Shown: positions 47,285-58,957 of the stretch, piece after piece
Layout of the letters: each line of letters starts with the position of its first letter
How positions within the stretch are numbered: position 1 is the first letter of the stretch
Origin: Squalus acanthias
Taxonomy: Eukaryota
Length of the DNA stretch: 64,000 nt
Assembly (NCBI GenBank): GCA_030390025.1
Contig: CM059432.1
Span: forward strand, 22,632,001-22,696,000
Direction of reading: 5' to 3'
Position numbers and translations under genes: made by a program
Notes under the pieces: generated by a model
Seen by the model: only the letters and a program-made list of their open reading frames with translations
Databases searched by the model: none
Told to the model about the DNA's origin: nothing

Positions 47285-48354
47285 CATAGGAGCCAGAAAG
47301 GGAAGATGGGTGGTCAGCAGTTTAGAGGGAATAGGGTCAAGGGAGCAGGAAGTGGGTCTCGTTGACAAGCTGACCTCGGAGAAGACATGAGGGAAGATAG
47401 GAGAGCAACTAGAGAAAGATGTGAGTTCAGGGCTAGGGCAGGAGGGAACCTTAGAGGAGGTGTGGCCCGGTGGGCTAGGGAAAGGGAGGGAAGTGGCAGA
47501 GGCAGATGATCGGGCGGTCTCAATCTTAGTGACAATGAGCTTCTTGCACTTGTTGTTGGATGTGAGGGTGAAGGATACGGGGAGAGGGATTTAAGAAGAT
47601 GGTTTGCAGTAGAGAAGAGAAACCAGGGTTATCTTTGCGTTCCAAGATGATCCTGGAATAGTGAGCAGTTTTGGCAGATGAGAGCAGGACCCGAACGTGC
47701 TTTAAGTGGTCCAGCCAGATCTGGCGGTGAATGGCTGAATCAGTTGTCCGCCATATTCATTCAAGTCTGCGGCCCTTGGACTTAATGGAGGGGAGATAAG
47801 GACCGTGCCAGGGGGAATGGCCAGGGTGAGAGAGAGTAATTGTTTTAATGGGGACTAGGGCATCAAAGGTGGAGGTGAGGGTGTGGTTGTGCAGAGCAGT
47901 AGCTGCTGTAATGTTGTGGTGAATGGAGGACCAAAGGCTAGACAATTGAGATTTTGAAAGTGCAGTTGTAAGTGAATTGATAGAGAGTTTTTCCCAATGG
48001 CGGACAAGAAGGAAGTAGGGTTGGGAGGGGGAAGGGGGATGTGGGTGGAGAGAGATACAAGGAAGTGACCAGAGATGGCTTAACTGTGATTGACCCGATA
48101 AGAGTAGTGAGGCCACGTGAGATGGCAAGGTCAAGGGAGCGGCCGTGAATATGGGTTGGGAAGTTTGCAAGGAGGAAGAGATTAAGGGAGGATAGGAGGA
48201 CAGTGAACTCAGAGGAGAGAGAGCATTAGGAATTGAGATGGAGGTTGAAGCCACCGAGGATGAGAAGTCACTCGATGCAGAGGCTGCGGGAGGTAAACAG
48301 TGAAGATAATCTCGGTGAGAAAAGTTTTATGGTACTGGGTTGGGCGATAGAGAA

Positions 48355-48510
48355 TGTAAACAATAGAGAAGTTAGTCAAACACAATTTGCCTTTAACAAA
48401 TCCATTCTTTATTAATCACACTGACAGGACTAAATAGTATAGAGAAATTTACTGGCACACAGCATAGTTGCAGGGTTCATAGCCGGAGATCTCTTCGTGC
48501 AGCAGTTACA
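48355..48510 (-). mobile_element. Possible miniature solo LTR (156 bp)
   Basis: Ends TGTAA...TTACA; flanks AGAA/AGAG; AATAAA on minus near 48410; interrupts L2. Confidence 0.5.
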
Positions 48511-50904
48511 AGAGGAGAGGGTGGCCTAAAAGTGCAGAGGATATAAGAGTGGATGTTCACTGAATAAACAATCCCACACAGTGGATCTATTGCAACTTTC
48601 TTTGCAAAGGGACTTGCAACTGGTCAATCTACGAATAAATTAGAGGAACCTAACTCTGGGAATAAAACGTGGGATATGCTGGTTAATATAAAAGAAATCA
48701 AAGCACAGTTGATATTTAATAGGCAATTGGGGATTTTGAATAAAAAGTACTCCCCTTAGACATTCCTTCTTCTTTTCTTTGCAACATTTCAAAACACTCC
48801 TCGAAGCAGCATTGTAAGGCAAGGTTGAACCACATTTTATTACTGCTAATAGACAAGGCAATATGTTGGATGTGTATTACTTTAATAGCTGACAGACTTT
48901 TCAGTAAAATTGAGCGTATGAATCCCACTGATACAAGAAGATACATTATGATGCAATCCTAATGCCACGCTTGTAAAAAGGGAAAAAAATGCAAATGAAC
49001 AGAAAATGCTGGAAATGCAATAAAACAAATCACTGTTTTCTTAGTCCAAACAAACCTATTTGCATTTCAATTATTCAGAATGAACATTTATGAAAAATTT
49101 CCAGTTGCAAAATTTTACAGGGAAAATTAATTGATATCTCTCAACTGACAAACCCAGCCAGCTGATTATATTAATGAAGGCAAGTCTTGAGGATAAATGA
49201 GCACACAGATGACAGAAGATTACCGAAAATGTAATAGATAATAACAAGGTTAAGAAGCCAAACATATAGTTGGTTTTTAACCTATATATGAAGCAGAAAT
49301 AGAGAACTGATATGGAGTACATTGAAGTGATTAAAAGGAGCATGTGATCTATAAAGTGTTATACTGAAGTTATGTATTTGAGGAAATACATGTCTATTAT
49401 TTTATAATCATGACAAACTATATTCAAGGGCCTAGCAATTCATTGGCTCCATGCCTGTTTTACAGGCATAAAATGGGCGCCTAATTGCCCAATATGGTTT
49501 TCCACGCCGGAAGTGCTCAGGTGGCCATATTGAAGCGGGGTCCTCTGTAGACATCTAGGGTGCACGCCAGAAGTATTAATAACCCTCATTAAAATATTTA
49601 CATATGGGTCCTATGCTCCTTATAGGATCCTTTTGTCAGTTTGGTCTGCCCCAGCGCCTGACTCGCCACATGATAAACTCATTCAGCATCTTGTGGCGCT
49701 AACAGGCAGGAACTACTCTTTAAGCAGTGCTACATCCAGCTACATCCAGGTTAGTTGCTATAGTATAGCCATAATAGGTATATTCCATGCTTTACTTAAC
49801 CTAAACACCAGCACCTCCTGCCAGGCCTGGGGACCACAGATGACAGATGTTTTAGAGAGCCTGGAACTTCCTGAAAAAGATGGGTACAAGCTGGTGCAAA
49901 GTGTACAAAAGTCATGGAATGCAATGAAGTTAGAAAGATATAGAAAGGGCGAGATTGTAACACGAGGTTAGAAGTTGAAAAAGAAGGAAGATATCTAGAA
50001 AGTTGAGCTCAACAACTGTAACGTGTGATCTTCTACAACAAAGCATCGCCATGAGTCCCGGAGTGTTGTCTGCGGGTAGTTCTTTAACCCTAATAAACTT
50101 GTGAGTGTTTGACTCCTTTGTCTAGAACTCTCATTTCTGTTACATCAACAAGGACTGCAGCCTCTCTCTGTCCTTACAGCGGGGGAGCAAGCATTCTGTC
50201 CTCTTGAGAGAGGACAGCAGGTACCTCTCCCATGTCACCTCAGCACTCTAATTTGGACAGCTCTTACAAAGGCCCAGCACAGGTGTGACAAGCCGAATGG
50301 CCTCCTTCTGTGCTGTAAGATTCTATGATTCTATGATTAATTTTTTGTGCTGGCCAGGGTCAGATCGAGTGATGGTGCACTTTCAAGAAGGCTGACCTAC
50401 TCTTCCTGAAGTGGCAGAGGGACATCAACATTTTCAGCATAAAGAAGTGGTTGGTGAAAGCAGCTGCAGTTTTGTCATGCAGAGTGACAAATGCCTCCAG
50501 CATCGCCAGTCATAATGGCCATGACTCTCCTCTTGCTTATTATGGCCAACATGTTTTCCTCCACAAGGTAAAGGATGTGTAGGCAGGCTTGGCCTGCTCC
50601 AGTGGCAGCATCGTGTCTCAAGTTGTGCGCAACCTGCTTCTGGAAGATAGAAGGGAGTGTGTTAGTGACAGTTTTGTGAGGTGTTTAGAGAGTGTGCCCG
50701 TCAGGATAAAATAGTTAATATTTGTGTGTAAGATGTGAGGTGTGGGGAAGTGAGGGTTGCAATAGTGGTGAGTGTGAGTCTGAGGAGAGGGAAGTGGAAT
50801 GAAGTATGGTGCAGCGACTGTAGGATAGTGAAGGAAAGCAGGGGAGGGGAGAAGTGAGCTTGGAGTTGGCTGAGGTGTGAGCAGAGAATAAGAGAGCAGT
50901 ATTT

Positions 50905-51130
50905 TAACCTTGAGAACTCTGGTGAGGTCATTGAACTTCTCTTGGCATTGTAGGTATGTCCTGGGAGCTAAGCTCTTGGCATTGTCCTCTTCAGTGACCT
51001 CTTCCCATGGGTGGAGGTGTTGCCTGGAGGGCTTTCTGCTTCCTGATGGAGCAGGATCTCCCTCCTCCTATCCACCACCTGGAGCATGGCCACCAACGTG
51101 GCATCAAAAAAACTGGTGCCCTTTCTGGAC
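50905..51130 (-). pseudogene. Relic Harbinger Myb/SANT exon 1
   Basis: LVAMLQVVDRRREILL ... KFNDLTRVLK, frameshifted. Confidence 0.65.
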
Positions 51131-51272
51131 CCCTTCCATCCATTTTTCAACTTTCCCTGTTGTCTGCAGCCAGAGTGCACATCCCCTTTAAGAATTTCTG
51201 GCTCCCTTTAAGTGGCATCGGAGATGCCCGATATCCAGCCCTCCAAACAGGTGTACAGCATACCCTTTTTTA

Positions 51273-51298
51273 CATATATATATATATATATATATATA
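51273..51298. repeat. (TA)n microsatellite
   Basis: Read directly. Confidence 0.95.
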
Positions 51299-51387
51299 GC
51301 TCCAAGTATTACATAGATTTATATATAATTACATAGAATCTACAGCACAGAAACAGGCCAGTCAGCTCAACTGGTCTATGCCGATAT

Positions 51388-53070
51388 TGTAAAATTCACA
51401 ATTATCGCGATTCGAAATAACGAGATAAAGCAGATTTGTTTCATCAGTTTTATTTCAACGAAATGCTGTCATGATTAAACAGGACACAGAAGCCTGTAAA
51501 ATGGCCACCGCGCCTCGTGGCAGAAGCTTCCAGAATTTTCAGTGGGCAGACAAAATGGCGTTCGAATAAACATTTATAAGTAATACGCAGCAAACACTGA
51601 TAAAGACAGGATGCAACCTGTCTGCATTCGACACAATAGCAAGAGATAAATGCTGGAATCGTTTTCCATGCACAAGTAAGGACCATTGTACTGGGCAATC
51701 GAAGGCCCATCCAGATACATCAATACGCAAATTCCCCCACGGCTCTACAATGAGAGAGCCATTCTCGGGTGATTAAGTCAGTATTCGAGGAGGCCCCAAA
51801 ACCAGTCAGGGAGACTCCTAGCCGGTTCGACAATGGGGAAAGCATTAACGGGTAGTTGGCCAGTTTAAGGTGCTACCGAAACCCATTACAAACAAGAATA
51901 CTGGGAATTTTGAGCGCCAAGATTTTACAAAGGATGAACATTAAGATTTGGGCGGGAGATAAGGGAACACAGCACTATAACTATAGTGAACAAATGTCCA
52001 TCGGTCTCTTGACTCTTATCTTGCTGCTGGCTGCTGAACTCTCTTATTCCTCTGATCCTCCCGGGGCTGATTCGTTTGAACTGACTCTTGACACGGGCTG
52101 AACTTTTATTCTCCTATGTTGGGTGGAGCTCAATTTGGAGCGAGCCGCCTCAACGAAGGCCAGTGACCGGGTGCACCATCCCGAGGGTCGGTAAATGGTG
52201 TTCTGGACCCGAAGGCCCGAAGAGATGAGACGAGACGAGATGAGAAGAGAAGAAGAAGAATCCACGTGCCGCCGCGGTCAGTAAACCCCGACCGCGCCCG
52301 TAAATATAAAGACCATTTTTGAACTCTATCAGGTTGCTGCCGAACCAGTGGAAGACTCTCTTTCGAATTCTATCGACAACCGGTGTCAATACAGGAAGAC
52401 TCTTCTTTGAATTTTACCGGCTAACTGGTGTCGCTCCAGAAAGACTTTTCTTTGAATTCTACAGCCGGGCCCGAGCACTGTCGAGTTCTTCATGACAACG
52501 GGGAGCCCAGCCTGCTAGCCGGAGCAGAGAAGATAAACAAGTGGGGTACAGAGACCCCTTCCAACACGTGACGGTCAGGTGTTGCAGCGAAACAAGCCGA
52601 GTGCCTTACTTTAAAATTCACCGAAGTATCACGAGTGGTGAGCATGTTTCCTCGATCCTACAAATCTAGATTAGTGTAGGTATTGATAGGGGAGGGTGAT
52701 TTTATTAAGGATAAATATAATGTGTTCCCCTTTTTACGATGTGCCGTGCGATCCTCATTACCCTAGACCAAGTTTTATGAATGTATGTATACTTGTACTG
52801 TCATTCATTTGTGCCTATGACATGTACTTCATGATTTTGGACGTTATGCAATAAAGATTTCCATTTCGTACTATTCAACCGGGTCTATTTGAGTTTTTCT
52901 CTGCATTACTGCTCTCGCACCTAAGTCCAGTGTTAGAACCGTAAGGGCGAGTGGGTCGAACCACTCACAGGTGCTTATTGCAACAAGGCTGGCCGGAGAC
53001 CAGAGCAAGCAATAGTATTAGGCAACAAAGGCCTAACCCCGCACCAGCACCTACGACCGAACCCCTTACA
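51388..53070 (+). mobile_element. Solo LTR (1683 bp) inserted in a CR1 3' fragment (51330-51387, 53071-53260)
   Basis: TGTAA...TTACA termini; exact TSD ATAT (51384-51387, 53071-53074); ATATAAA near 52305; AATAAA at 52850. Confidence 0.88.
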
Positions 53071-54096
53071 ATATTTATACTAAAATGAGCCTCTTTGCAC
53101 TCTAATTACTGCTTTCCACCCTACCCCTGTATCCCTCTATTCCCTTCTTCCTCATGTATGCTTCAAGCCTTCCTTTAAATACATCAAATGCTCCAACCAC
53201 TTGATGTGGCAGCATGTTCTGCATTCTCACCACACTCTGTGTAAAGAAATTCCAAATAATATGTCTGGCAAGAGAAAGACACTTTACTCCATCGGGAGTA
53301 CAAATCAAGACAGAACAAATCCTTCACTGTGACACATGTGGTAAGAAAGGACTGTTCTGGAGCCATTTCCTGAAAAAGAAACATACTGCCATGAAAGCTT
53401 TGCTGTCTTCTGCTTGCTTAAGTGCCCCATGTGGTATGGCCTGTTCCCGTCCAGATAGCAAGTTACCATTGAGGAATAGAGACAAAAATTTGCTTACATG
53501 CCTGCAGTTTTTAAGAGAACTATGAGGGTCGTTCGAATGCATCACCAAGATGTGGGTGATAGATCCAGTGCCTGATGTTTATCTTGCTTTATGAGGCTCA
53601 CACAATAACTGAGCAGATGGTGACTTGTAACTTCTAGGGATCTTCATCCTGAAATGACTGCATAAAATATCCCATGCTGCATAGCATTTTGTCTATAATT
53701 GAATGAGGAAAGGTCACCGAATCTGGTGGGAATAATAGAAGCACAGTTAAGCTGTTGTTTTACTGCAGTTTTAAGGATAATTATCTGCTATGGGTATTTA
53801 GATTTGATGTGACAGCATTTTTGTGCTCATCATGGTAAAGAATGCATCTGTACTGGTGAATGGAACAACTACTATTTTACATGTATCATGATAGAATTAA
53901 ACATCCCTAGGTCACATAATCAAGGACAATAACAAGCATGGAAAATCTACCAATGTCATCGTAACCCTGGAGCTGTTGAATTTCCATATGCTGGTGGTTG
54001 AATATAAGGCCCCGAATTAAGGTATTTTTTGTCTTCTTTTGATTAAAATGAAATGGATATATATAACTGGGCCTAGGTTGTTCAGCGTAAGAAATG

Positions 54097-54558
54097 AAAG
54101 AAAGACTTGCATTTATATAGCGCCTTTCATGACCACCAGATGTCCCAAAGCGCTTTACAGCCAATTAAGTACTTTTGGAGTATAGTCACTGTTGGATATG
54201 CGGCAGCCAATCTGCGTACAGCAAGCTCCCACAAACAGCAATGTGATAATGACCAGATAATCTGTTTTTGTTATGTTGATTGAGGGATAAATATTGGCCA
54301 GGACACCAGGGATAACTCCCCTGCTCTTCTTCGAAATAGTGCCATGGGATCTTTTACGTCCACCTGAGATAGCTGTCAGACGGGGCCTCGGTTTAACGTC
54401 TCATCCGAAAGACAGCACCTCCGACAGTGCAGCACTCCCTCAGCACTGCACTGGAGTGTCAGCCTAGATTCATGTGCTGAAGTTCCTGGAGTGGGACTAT
54501 GAACCCACAACCTTCTGACTCAGAGGCGAGTGTGCTACCCACTGAGCCACAGCTGACA
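54097..54558 (-). mobile_element. Full-length Deu-domain SINE
   Basis: Reverse-complement relative of 43290-43766, including the tRNA-like head. Confidence 0.88.
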
Positions 54559-54704
54559 TAAAACAAGCATTTTAAAATAACACTCTTTGAGGTAAAAAAG
54601 GAAATAATCGAATGCTGGAAATACAAAGAGAAAATGCCGGAAGTTCACAGCATGTCAGTCAATACCTGAAAGAGAAAGATAGGGTAAGGTTTTGGGTCTG
54701 GTCT

Positions 54705-55163
54705 TGCTGCTCACTTCCTCAGCCACCTCAATCCATGCCTTCTTCGTGGTGGCAGCAGGTTTCTTCTTTCCACTTGTAGGGAATAACACATCCCTCCTGA
54801 CACTCCTGGCCAACACCGCAGCAAGACCTCCAGGGTAGCATCAGAGAGCCAGCGGGCCATGTTCCTTCCCTTTCCAGACATATTACTGTTTTTTAATAAC
54901 ACTTTCCACCCAATGTACTCCTATCCCTCAGCCTCCCTTGCTGAGGTGTACTGAGGCTTTAAATAACAACCAGGCAATTGTGACATGCAGGTGGGCGGCA
55001 CACTTGCAGACGCGTGATTCTGACGAGAGATCTAGATGTATTAATTAAATGACACCTAGCCGTTAAAATCAGCCAGGCTTCCACACCATGCCATGTTTTG
55101 GGAGTTTTGCCCGCTACCGCCCTTGCACGCTCCATTCCTGTCTCAGAGTAAAAATCGGAGCCT
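54705..55163 (-). mobile_element. Harbinger end fragment with relic Myb/SANT exon 1
   Basis: RWLSDATLEVLL ... KKAWIEVAEEVS (frameshifted); TIR-like AAAAATCGGAGCC at the right end. Confidence 0.6.
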
Positions 55164-55317
55164 CTCTCTCTCATCTTTGATGAACAACAAAGCATCACAA
55201 CTTCAGACCCCATTTTAAGTTTACATTATTAAGTGGATTTATTTTACAAAGCAAATGAACAAACAAATATTTAACAGGGATAGATTTACTGTAAGGACAG
55301 CATTAATAGAAAGAAAA

Positions 55318-55645
55318 AAAAGAAAGACTTGCATTTATGTAGCACCTTTCACGACCACCGGACGTCTCACAGCGCTTTACAGCCAATGAAGTACTTTTAG
55401 AGTGTAGTTACTGTTGTAATGTGGGAAACGTGGCGGCCAATTTGCGCACAGCAATCTCCCACAAACAGCAATGTGATAATGACCAGATAATCTGTTTTTT
55501 TGTTATGTTGATTGAGGGATAAATATTGGCCAGGACACCGGGGATAACTCCCCTGCTCTTCTTCGAAATAGTGCTTTGGGATCTTTTACGTCCACCTGAG
55601 AGAGAGCAGACTGGGCCTCAGTTTAACATCTCATCCAAAAGACGG
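55318..55645 (-). mobile_element. 5'-truncated Deu-domain SINE
   Basis: Colinear with 54097-54420. Confidence 0.87.
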
Positions 55646-56722
55646 TGATGAGACTGACTTGAAATCTGCTAATGTAATACCACTATTAATTTATCTTTAT
55701 ATTGTAATAATGTTAGCTTTTAGCCTCTATTTCTTAACAAGAAAGTATGATTCTTAAATTGTAATATCTTAACATAGTTACAAGTGGACAGCAATTCTGA
55801 GGTAGTAACAACTGAACTTTTGCACTGACCCTTGCAGCTCCGGCAAGCTTTGATATGAAGTAACCTCCTGTTTAATGAGAGAAGTTATTTGGAGGTGCGC
55901 CATTGCATGCTGGTTCCTAAGTTTCAGGGGGCTGTAATTAATGTGATGGGTGCAAGGACACAGTTAGTCCTGCAAAAGGAAAGCATCTGGGTAAAATAAT
56001 ATCTTTGTACTGTAATTAAGGTTTCTATAGAATGAGGGAATCAGCCAATGCCGAATGGTACAGAATCAAAGACAAACATAACTAAAGGTTGACTTGGTGG
56101 AATAGCAGTTATAGAAAAGACAGAAAGGCTTGCATTTATATAGCGCCTGTCACAACCTCAGGACTTCCCAAAGCGCGTTACAGCCAATAAGTAGTTTTGA
56201 AGTGTGGACACTGTCGTAATGTAGTTACATAATTGTATGTAACAAGAGAGAATATTTTGAAAAGATAACGACATAAGGGAGTTATATTGATCCCGTTACC
56301 CCAACATAAAAAGAGATTATTATTAAGGAAATCAGCTTATTCACTGAAGTTATTGACAATTAAATTGTCTAATTAAATTCTCCTTATAACTTTTAGTATA
56401 ATCATTTAATGTAGAAGTGTGCAAATCTCACATAGTAGGGCTGAGCGATAAGAAGCCTGAAAAAGTGGAAAGCAAGATGTTAATATCTTCACCCATGTCA
56501 ATCATCAGCAGTATTGTAAAATTACCCACCAGTGACTACTCTGTAGTTTAAAGATGTAAAGCTATTCACATGAACAAGTTGTGATCAGGTCCTTATAGCT
56601 TGCCATATATGGACATTTTGATAAGGATCTTGTAGCTCAGATAGGTATAAAAAGTGGTAGACTGTAATGTGGATTTGGAGTTGGAGCTCAAACTATAAGG
56701 AGCCTCAGTCTCAATTCATCAA

Positions 56723-57475
56723 GGGGGAGAAATTCCCCGAGTGAGCCATTTGGGGCGCTAGGTCAAAAATGTTTGAAAAGTTAGCGCCAGACGCTAACCT
56801 TTTCAAACATTTGAGGAATTCCCATTTTTTTGCTCCAAGAGGGAAGTGGAGCGTTAAATCAAGCGCTCCACTTGTCTCTTGGAGCGCAAGAGGCGGGGAA
56901 TGTCCCGATCCAGGGCGATGTGCTCAGCAGCGCCACAGGTGGCCATGCATGGCACTGCCACGTTGCAGGGGCTCTTCCCTGCATTAAAGGGAAGGGCGCC
57001 CCACTGCGAGCTCTGCAATTGTTTTGGCTTCTGCTGGAGCACCGGGGTGCGGGGGGTGCCGCGCGGTCAAGCTGAGTGCTGGGAAGACTGATCGCGGCAC
57101 GTAGTCCCATGTCCGGTGCTCAGAAATCTTTTCAAAACAAATCAGTGACTTTTTTCATGTCGGCCCGCCACCGTGCCTTTAGTTGCGCCCCGCGAGCGGC
57201 CGGCCTCACTGTTCGCGACCCCTGCAGCAGTCGGTAACATCGTTCGGCGCTGCTGCGGGGCACGAGGGGGGAATTTTCTCCCGAGGCGCTACCGGGGCGC
57301 TGCACCCGGAGATGACATCATGGTCTCTGGGCACAGGGTGATACAAAGTAGTGCCGCTGCTCCCCTACCACAGAATTTTGCGGGAGGCCAGTTAGCGCCT
57401 CGGGGGGGGGGGAAAGCCATTTGCGCCCCATTTGCACCTCCCACCGGAGGCGCGTACGATGGGAATTTTGCCCCC
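56723..57475. mobile_element. Harbinger (Tourist-like) MITE, 753 bp
   Basis: TIRs GGGGGAGAAATTCCC / GGGAATTTTGCCCCC; exact 3-bp TSD CAA. Confidence 0.88.
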
Positions 57476-58112
57476 CAAGTATTATGCTTAATAAAACTAT
57501 AAACTTTTGACCTCAGCATTTCAAGATCCTTATTGATTTTGTGGAATAGAGAGAACATCTAATCATAAATAAAAATCATCCTCTAACAGTTGGCACTCTG
57601 GAGCCTGGCTTTGCATTACGTTGATATATATCATAGAAGGGAGAAGTAAAAGCCGCAGCCTGATTTCTCCGATATGTACGGCTAATGCTTTGAGCGTTAT
57701 GAGCCTTACTTTACGTACTTGCGTGTTACAGTAAACTACTGCAAAGTAATGGTAGATTTAAAATCTAGCCTCAATGAGAGTGGAGAGAAATCTATCCTTA
57801 AACAGCAAGGAACAGAATTTGTGTTGGTTACAGTCATACACACAGACCCATTTAAATGGCATACGGCTAACTTTGATGAGGAGTCTAAAAGTAAAAGGGC
57901 CTGAAGGTCCAAGGGTTATATATAATCTGTCAAGTCTATATCAAGCAGTTAGAACAGTGCTCACAACAGTGTAATAAATTAAAGGAAACTGTTCAGGAGG
58001 AGCATGTGGAGTTAAAGGCAGCCCTGAGACAGCAAACAGAGGCTGTGATTGAGTTCTGAAAAGAACACTTACACCAAGTGTAGCAGAAGAATTAGGGAAA
58101 GAGAGAGATATT

Positions 58113-58875
58113 GGCCCTGAAATTCACCTCTCCGGCTTGCCGCGGGGGTAAGGATCGCGCGCGCACTTACCTACCGCGCCTGCCGTTGACCTCTGGGCCC
58201 ACGGGGACTTCAGCTCCTGGGCCTGCTCCAAGTGCCGGCGCGCAGTGCTGTGCGTGTCCCATGGGCGCAGTTAGTGCGATGCGTCCCCTGGGATCACGTG
58301 GGCCATGGAGAGCCAATGGCAGCAGACCATCTTTCATTCATAGATTTGACAGGAAGACCTGTCAAATCTATGAATTGAAATCGGCCCCAAAAGAACAGCT
58401 AAACTTAAAATAAGTTTTAAAAAACCATCACATTTATAAAATAACTATAGTTAAATAAATTAACTACTTTAAACAAAAATTAAAATTTTTGAAAAAATTA
58501 AAAAACGTTTTAACAGTGCTAAAAATAAACTTACCTTTCTTTAAAGTATCTAAAAAAGATAAACCTGTTGAAATTTTTTTAAATTATAATTAATTAACCA
58601 CTTACCTTGTTGAAAACGGGTCCTGCGCCACCTTGTTATAAGCGCAGGTTCTTCAATACTTACCCTCCGGTAGAAACCTGAAAAAATCCCTAAGTTTGCT
58701 GCGTGCACGCAGCCTCTACCTCGCATGCGGTTCACCTATGAACCGCTCCCTTCACCAGGCCGGAAGTTCTGGTTTCCCGCGCATGCGCAGTGCATGCAGG
58801 AAACCGGCACTTCAGGACGCCTTACGGGTGAGTACACAGTGCGTACTCACCCGGCAAGGCCCGAATTTTAGGCCC
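58113..58875. mobile_element. Harbinger-type MITE, 763 bp
   Basis: TIRs GGCCCTGAAATTC / GAATTTTAGGCCC; exact 3-bp TSD ATT; GC-rich ends and AT-rich core. Confidence 0.85.
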
Positions 58876-58957
58876 ATTAAAAGCCTACAAGGGGGGTATC
58901 CGGACGTTTACCACGGCAGGCTTGATGAAGACCCAGACTCGGACCATTAGCTAACCA

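Larger units (their letters stand above)
45875..48530 (-). mobile_element. Degenerate L2 ORF2 fragment hosting two LTR-type insertions
   Basis: LANYCPISNLPFLSKILE...FESLQSGFRP; TFDALVP...HSPW; colinear across 46157-47284. Confidence 0.8.

Noticed and set aside
53498..53648. Minus-strand exon candidate (TTTCAG...|GTAAGC)
   Set aside because: Stops in all three frames and no partner exons found
54600..54700. Possible Penelope-like terminal fragment
   Set aside because: Too short and degenerate to support without a search
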